From Nitrospinia bacterium (GTDB lineage Bacteria > Nitrospinota > Nitrospinia > Nitrospinales > JAJDAT01), in assembly GCA_029261715.1 (NCBI GenBank), contig JAJDAT010000049.1, forward strand, positions 296,778 through 360,777: a stretch of 64,000 nt of DNA, written 5' to 3'. How positions within the stretch are numbered: position 1 is the stretch's first letter; every line of letters begins with the position of its first letter. Made by a program: the position numbers and the translations under genes. This document shows positions 59,616-64,000 of the stretch, one piece after another. The notes under the pieces were generated by a model that saw only the letters and a program-made list of their open reading frames with translations, searched no databases and was not told the origin of the DNA.

Positions 59616-61904
59616 TCAGTTTTTTGGAGATGAGATGTTTAGATTGTATTCTTCTAAGGCTTGACGGTTTTGCTTTACTGAAAGATTGGGCAAGATAGGT
59701 TTTCTTTTTAGTGAACCATATTGAAACCGAAATTGATTGAAAGTAACTTCTTTTTCCTTATATTCGTCTGTTTCTTTCTCTGCATTTTTTAAATAATGCC
59801 GTAGATGGATTGCGGACATATAAGGCGAGTTTTCTACCTTTAAATAATAATTGGATAACATTCTATGAATATAAGGGTTATTGGGATCAATTAATAGTCC
59901 TGAATAAAGAATGTTAATAGCTCTTTTAGATTGATTTAACTTTCCTAAAGCAACGCCTAGCTCTAAATAAAGAGAAGCGTCTTTTGTATTCAATTTATTT
60001 AATTTTGAATAGCTATCAACAGCTTTTTCCCAACGATGGTTTAAAAAATGATTTCTTGCGATATTTTTTTCTGCGACGAATTGATTTTGTTTTTCTTTAA
60101 TTAAGTTCACCAATCGATTTAATTCCATTTTTAAAGCAGCTATTTTATTTTCATTTGATTCGAATTTAAGCCAGCGTAGAATTATGGGTATTTTAATTGC
60201 CTGGTCTTTGTTGGTTTGGTCATAAAGCTTCGTCAATAATGCATAAATTTTTGGATCTCCTATTTCCAAAAGAGAGCCGATAATTAAGGTGCGTAGTTCT
60301 TTAGATTGGCTTCCTGTTCTTTGATAAATTAAAGATAAAATTTTAAATGGAAGAGAGTGAAAAGGATTTATTTCGAATGCGAGATTTGCGTTTTTTGCCG
60401 CTTCAATGAGTTGATTATTTTTTAAAAGAGTTTCTGAGTAAATAACGTAAACCGTGGATAAAAGAGGCGATCCTTTTTTATGCTGTAGGTCAGTACTAAT
60501 TTCTTTGTTCCAGAGTTTTGATCCAATCTCTTCTGCTTTGTTCAGGTTAAAGGTTCTAGCATTTTTGAGGTAGGCGAAGCCCATATGGAAATAATCGGCG
60601 ATTCGGATTTTCCCTTCTGAGGTGGGGTGTGTCTTCATTACTAGAGCTAATATTAAAACGGATAATAAAGCGAGGGCGCTTTGTGACCACTGTTTACGCT
60701 TAAACTTTTTCCAAATCCAATATACCGCCTGAGCTGAAAATATTGCCAGAAATGGGATAACTGGTAATCGAAATCTTGCAGCCGAATAAAATGGTAAAAA
60801 CATTAATAAGTGCGTAAAAAAATACGCATGTAATATTGTCCATTTTTTACTTTCTTTTTTTAATAGAATAATTCCTAAGATTCCAAATGACCCAAAAAAA
60901 GCAAAGGGAATTGAAACCCATCGCAGAATAGGTGAGATATCTTGAAAAAGGTAAAAGTTTAAAGTTGTCGGAGCTTCATAATTATTAAATAGAAAGAACA
61001 ACTTTCTTAAGTAAAGCTCTAAAAAGCTTTTAGGATTTTCCCACGCGGCCTGAGTTAAAAATTTTATTACTGACGATGTTGTTAAAGGATGGTTTTTGAG
61101 AAAAGAATCAAAACTAGGAGAGTGCAGATAACCGCGCCCAGGGTAGTCGGGTAAATTTGACATGAGCAAAGTTTCAGGTCCTCCTTGATCATAAAAAACT
61201 ACGCGATCATGTACCAAATAACCTCTATAAAGCAGTGGTATTGAACACAAGATAAAGACGGCGGTAAATAAACTGATTAAAGCTTTTTTATTTTCAACGT
61301 GATTTGATATAGCTTTCCAAATAAAAAAAAAGCCAACAGGAACTAGCAATAAATTGTTGGATCTACATTGCATAACTAAAGACAGTAGCGCTGCGCTTGA
61401 GGCTATTCTGGCAATAGTAGGTTTATAAGAAGCCCACAGAATTCCATAACAGGAGGCGACTGTTAAAAAAGTTGTTAGAGAAGCTCGATATAACGATCCT
61501 TCATAAAGCCAATTAGGGCCGTAAAAAGTGAAAAAGAGAGCGGCAAGGAGTCCAACGATGGGCCTAAAAAAATATTTTGATATTTGAAATATTAAAAGCG
61601 CCGATCCGGTTCCTAGCAAAAATTGAATTGACCAAACGGCCTTATAGGTTTCTCCGAAGAGCCAATAAATTGTTCCAATGAAATATTTGTAGAGGGGAGA
61701 AAAAACGTCAGATTGGTTTGGATCTTTGGCTAGAATATTTCCATGAGCAAACTCTTTTCCGCCTTTATCAAAAATATCTTGATCCCAAGCTGGTGGGATG
61801 AAGTCAAAAAATGGATTGTTCTGAAATTGGAAATAATAAGCGATTCGAACGGTTAGAGATAATACAATAATAATTATTGGGAAGAATCGCGAAGGAATCG
61901 ACAT
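59616..61904 (-). CDS. GT-C fold (ArnT/PMT, family 39-like) glycosyltransferase with C-terminal TPRs
   Basis: Multiple TMs, DQ..FD, SPLY.YF, YEG, ARFRLP; TPR tail. Confidence 0.85.
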   Translation of the reverse strand: MSIPSRFFPIIIIVLSLTVRIAYYFQFQNNPFFDFIPPAWDQDIFDKGGKEFAHGNILAKDPNQSDVFSPLYKYFIGTIYWLFGETYKAVWSIQFLLGTGSALLIFQISKYFFRPIVGLLAALFFTFYGPNWLYEGSLYRASLTTFLTVASCYGILWASYKPTIARIASSAALLSLVMQCRSNNLLLVPVGFFFIWKAISNHVENKKALISLFTAVFILCSIPLLYRGYLVHDRVVFYDQGGPETLLMSNLPDYPGRGYLHSPSFDSFLKNHPLTTSSVIKFLTQAAWENPKSFLELYLRKLFFLFNNYEAPTTLNFYLFQDISPILRWVSIPFAFFGSFGILGIILLKKESKKWTILHAYFFTHLLMFLPFYSAARFRLPVIPFLAIFSAQAVYWIWKKFKRKQWSQSALALLSVLILALVMKTHPTSEGKIRIADYFHMGFAYLKNARTFNLNKAEEIGSKLWNKEISTDLQHKKGSPLLSTVYVIYSETLLKNNQLIEAAKNANLAFEINPFHSLPFKILSLIYQRTGSQSKELRTLIIGSLLEIGDPKIYALLTKLYDQTNKDQAIKIPIILRWLKFESNENKIAALKMELNRLVNLIKEKQNQFVAEKNIARNHFLNHRWEKAVDSYSKLNKLNTKDASLYLELGVALGKLNQSKRAINILYSGLLIDPNNPYIHRMLSNYYLKVENSPYMSAIHLRHYLKNAEKETDEYKEKEVTFNQFRFQYGSLKRKPILPNLSVKQNRQALEEYNLNISSPKN

Positions 61905-61951
61905 TTCGTAGAAAGCGTGAAGTTACGCTTATGAAAAGAAAAAGAGTCTGA

Positions 61952-63202
61952 TTATGGTTTGGAGGTAACTTGGGAATTGGAAAAAGCGTTTTTATATTTT
62001 TGGCCAATGGATTTCCAATCGTAATCTTGAATAATTTCAAATGATTTTTTACCCATTGTGTGCAAATAGTTTTTAGAATAAACGGTTTTGAACGCTTCGG
62101 TTAGAGCTGCCACATCTTTAGGTTGGACAATGATCCCATTTAAATTGTCGCTGACCATATCAGAAATACCTCCAACATTGCTTGCGATAATGGGTTTACC
62201 GGCAGCCATGGCTTCCATAACAACTACAGGAGCTCCTTCAGTTTCGCCAAGACTATCAATGATTGAGGGAACTACTAGAAGATCTGAGTTTTGTAAATAA
62301 TTTCGAACTTCGGCTTTTGATTTCATTCCAACAAAGCGAATTTTATCAGCAACATTAAGTTGATTAGTTTCTTCTTCGCATTGTGATCTCATAAAACCGT
62401 CCCCAACGATTATTAATCGGGCGTCAGGTTCTGTTTTGGACCAGTCGGCGAATGCGCGTATTAAATATGGCAATCCCTTTTTTTCGGTGATCTTTCCGAC
62501 AAATAACGTATTTTTTTTTGTAGTATCAATATCTAGATCTTCTGGGGCAACCTTTTCTGATGAATCAAAAAAGTCAATTGGCACTCCCATAGGCAATATT
62601 TCGGATCGAATTTTTTTATTTGGAGCTAGAGATTCTAAAATTTCCTGATTTTTTTTACTTACGGGTAAAAAGATATCAGTGTTATCGACAATAAATCGGG
62701 TCAAGAGTTTTCCAAACGGAATTCTTGCTAATAAAAAGACATCGGCTGCGTGGATTGTAATGGCGTGAAAATAGCCGTATCTCTTTTTGAAAAATGCTGA
62801 GATTAGACCTTGAGGAACTAACCAATGAGAGTTAACGATTGATGATTTAGTTTTTCTTAAGGTGCGAACAAAAGCGATCGTTCCAGACAGCATTAAAAAT
62901 GGAACTTGTATTTTAGCCAATAAACTTTGTCGAATATTAGCCAGCATTCCTTTGCCGTTTGCTAATATTTGTTTAGACTTAGGCCAAAAAAAGGGAAATC
63001 TAAAAACGGAAATCGATTCCATCGTTTCATGAGTGGCAGCATCGGGATCATGAGGCGCTAGGACATTAGTTGTATAAAACTTACTCATTTCCTGAGCTAG
63101 GCAATATACAAAGTCAGCTGGAGTTTTATCCCCGAGCCATCTAGGAAAAGTTGAGGTAAAAATCAAAAGGTTTTTTTTATTACTTTTATCGCTATTTGGC
63201 AT
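61952..63202 (-). CDS. Glycosyltransferase family 4
   Basis: TSTFPRW, HWLVPQG, FVG.ITEKKG, EGAPVVVMEAMAAG. Confidence 0.95.
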   Translation of the reverse strand: MPNSDKSNKKNLLIFTSTFPRWLGDKTPADFVYCLAQEMSKFYTTNVLAPHDPDAATHETMESISVFRFPFFWPKSKQILANGKGMLANIRQSLLAKIQVPFLMLSGTIAFVRTLRKTKSSIVNSHWLVPQGLISAFFKKRYGYFHAITIHAADVFLLARIPFGKLLTRFIVDNTDIFLPVSKKNQEILESLAPNKKIRSEILPMGVPIDFFDSSEKVAPEDLDIDTTKKNTLFVGKITEKKGLPYLIRAFADWSKTEPDARLIIVGDGFMRSQCEEETNQLNVADKIRFVGMKSKAEVRNYLQNSDLLVVPSIIDSLGETEGAPVVVMEAMAAGKPIIASNVGGISDMVSDNLNGIIVQPKDVAALTEAFKTVYSKNYLHTMGKKSFEIIQDYDWKSIGQKYKNAFSNSQVTSKP

Positions 63203-63256
63203 CTAATTTTGAATTTTAGGAAATATAAAAAAGGGGAAACAAGGCGAGAATATTAG

Positions 63257-64000
63257 TCAATCGTCCTTTTTTAATTCGATTTTTTTTATTCTGAGTTGGA
63301 TATCTTCTAATAATTGGCGGTTAATAGATATCAATTCAGCCGCAATTCCCACCATGAATACTTGAAAGCCTACAATTAGCAAAATTGCAGAAAGTATTAG
63401 TGATTGTATGTGGCCGGCTGTTTGTCCAATTAAAAAATAAAATAAATATCTACATCCAATTAAAAATCCACCCGCAAAAGAGATACCGCCTACAATTGTA
63501 AAAACCCGTAAAGGTTTGTACATAGAGTAAATTTTTAAAATAGTGACTACGGATCTCATTAGATAGGTCCGTATATTAGGAAATAAGCGAGATTCTCTCA
63601 GTTTTGGATTTGTTTTTACAGGAGCATGTGTAATAGCTAGGTTTTTTCTACCCGCGCTGATAATGGTTTCTAAAGTATAGGTAAAGTCTGAAACGACATT
63701 TATTTGCATCGCAGCTTCTCTAGAATATGCGCGAAACCCACTAGTAACGTCTGGGACATTTGTGCCTGATACTCGCCGGACAACCCAACTTCCAAATTTT
63801 TGAAGAAAAATTTTCGTAGGAGAAAAATGCTTTATAGTTTCTACTTGTCGGTCGCCTATTACAATGTCAGCCCGCTTTTCCAGAATAGGTTTAATTAGAT
63901 TGGGAATATCTGCTCCATTGTATTGATTGTCGGCATCGGTATTTACAATAATATCTGCTCCTCGTCGGAGACACTCGTCAATCCCATATTTGAATGCTTT
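63257..64000 (-). CDS. Glycosyltransferase family 2 (DPM synthase-like), 5' end outside the window
   Basis: Frame open to the window end: ADIIVNTDADNQY, PDVTSGFRAYSR, two C-terminal TMs. Confidence 0.92.
   Translation of the reverse strand, partial: KAFKYGIDECLRRGADIIVNTDADNQYNGADIPNLIKPILEKRADIVIGDRQVETIKHFSPTKIFLQKFGSWVVRRVSGTNVPDVTSGFRAYSREAAMQINVVSDFTYTLETIISAGRKNLAITHAPVKTNPKLRESRLFPNIRTYLMRSVVTILKIYSMYKPLRVFTIVGGISFAGGFLIGCRYLFYFLIGQTAGHIQSLILSAILLIVGFQVFMVGIAAELISINRQLLEDIQLRIKKIELKKDD

Noticed and set aside
1403-62648. Numerous 60-140 aa antisense or alternate-frame ORFs inside long genes (e.g. 6558-6887, 39250-39651, 40501-40914, 55883-56221) and the intergenic-overlapping 9758-9991, 9873-10061 and 12793-13179
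   Set aside because: They are shadows of well-supported CDSs or UTRs, with no recognisable motifs or convincing SD
1-64000. CRISPR arrays, tRNA/rRNA genes, IS elements, prophage
   Set aside because: I saw no spaced direct repeats, cloverleaf or rRNA signatures, transposase, integrase or phage structural genes

Overview
A 64 kb, AT-rich, gene-dense bacterial chromosomal segment. I saw no rRNA, tRNA, CRISPR array or mobile element. Gene content suggests a marine Nitrospinota-like, nitrite-oxidiser-type organism, but this is inference only. Housekeeping blocks are guaA-guaB, class II ribonucleotide reductase nrdJ with tandem NrdR boxes, hflKC-trkAH-oadABG, thpR-recA-recX-pilD, a lipoate ligase and the end of a glycosyltransferase cluster. 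Three accessory modules stand out. (1) At 9.2-19.6 kb, a co-directional cluster has seven DUF1566 (Lcl C-terminal, C-type-lectin-fold) genes, mostly without signal peptides, mixed with NHL, TPR, LRR, glutaredoxin-like and parvulin-fusion genes. (2) At 36.4-47.3 kb, a complete Wsp/ACF-type chemosensory operon has a REC-GAF-PAS-adenylate cyclase as its output, and its receptor combines a NarX/PilJ-like nitrate/nitrite-binding helix with an inserted c-type haem domain. (3) At 53-59.4 kb, an operon encodes exported NHL, LRR, LRR and caspase-lipoprotein products followed by a CheW. Smaller oddities are a hairpin RNA displaying an anti-Shine-Dalgarno sequence, two sigma54-type promoters driving small orphans (one starts with a FliM/CheZ-like CheY-binding peptide), a di-haem cytochrome-FGE fusion, and a degenerate Dyp with an encapsulin-cargo-like tail.
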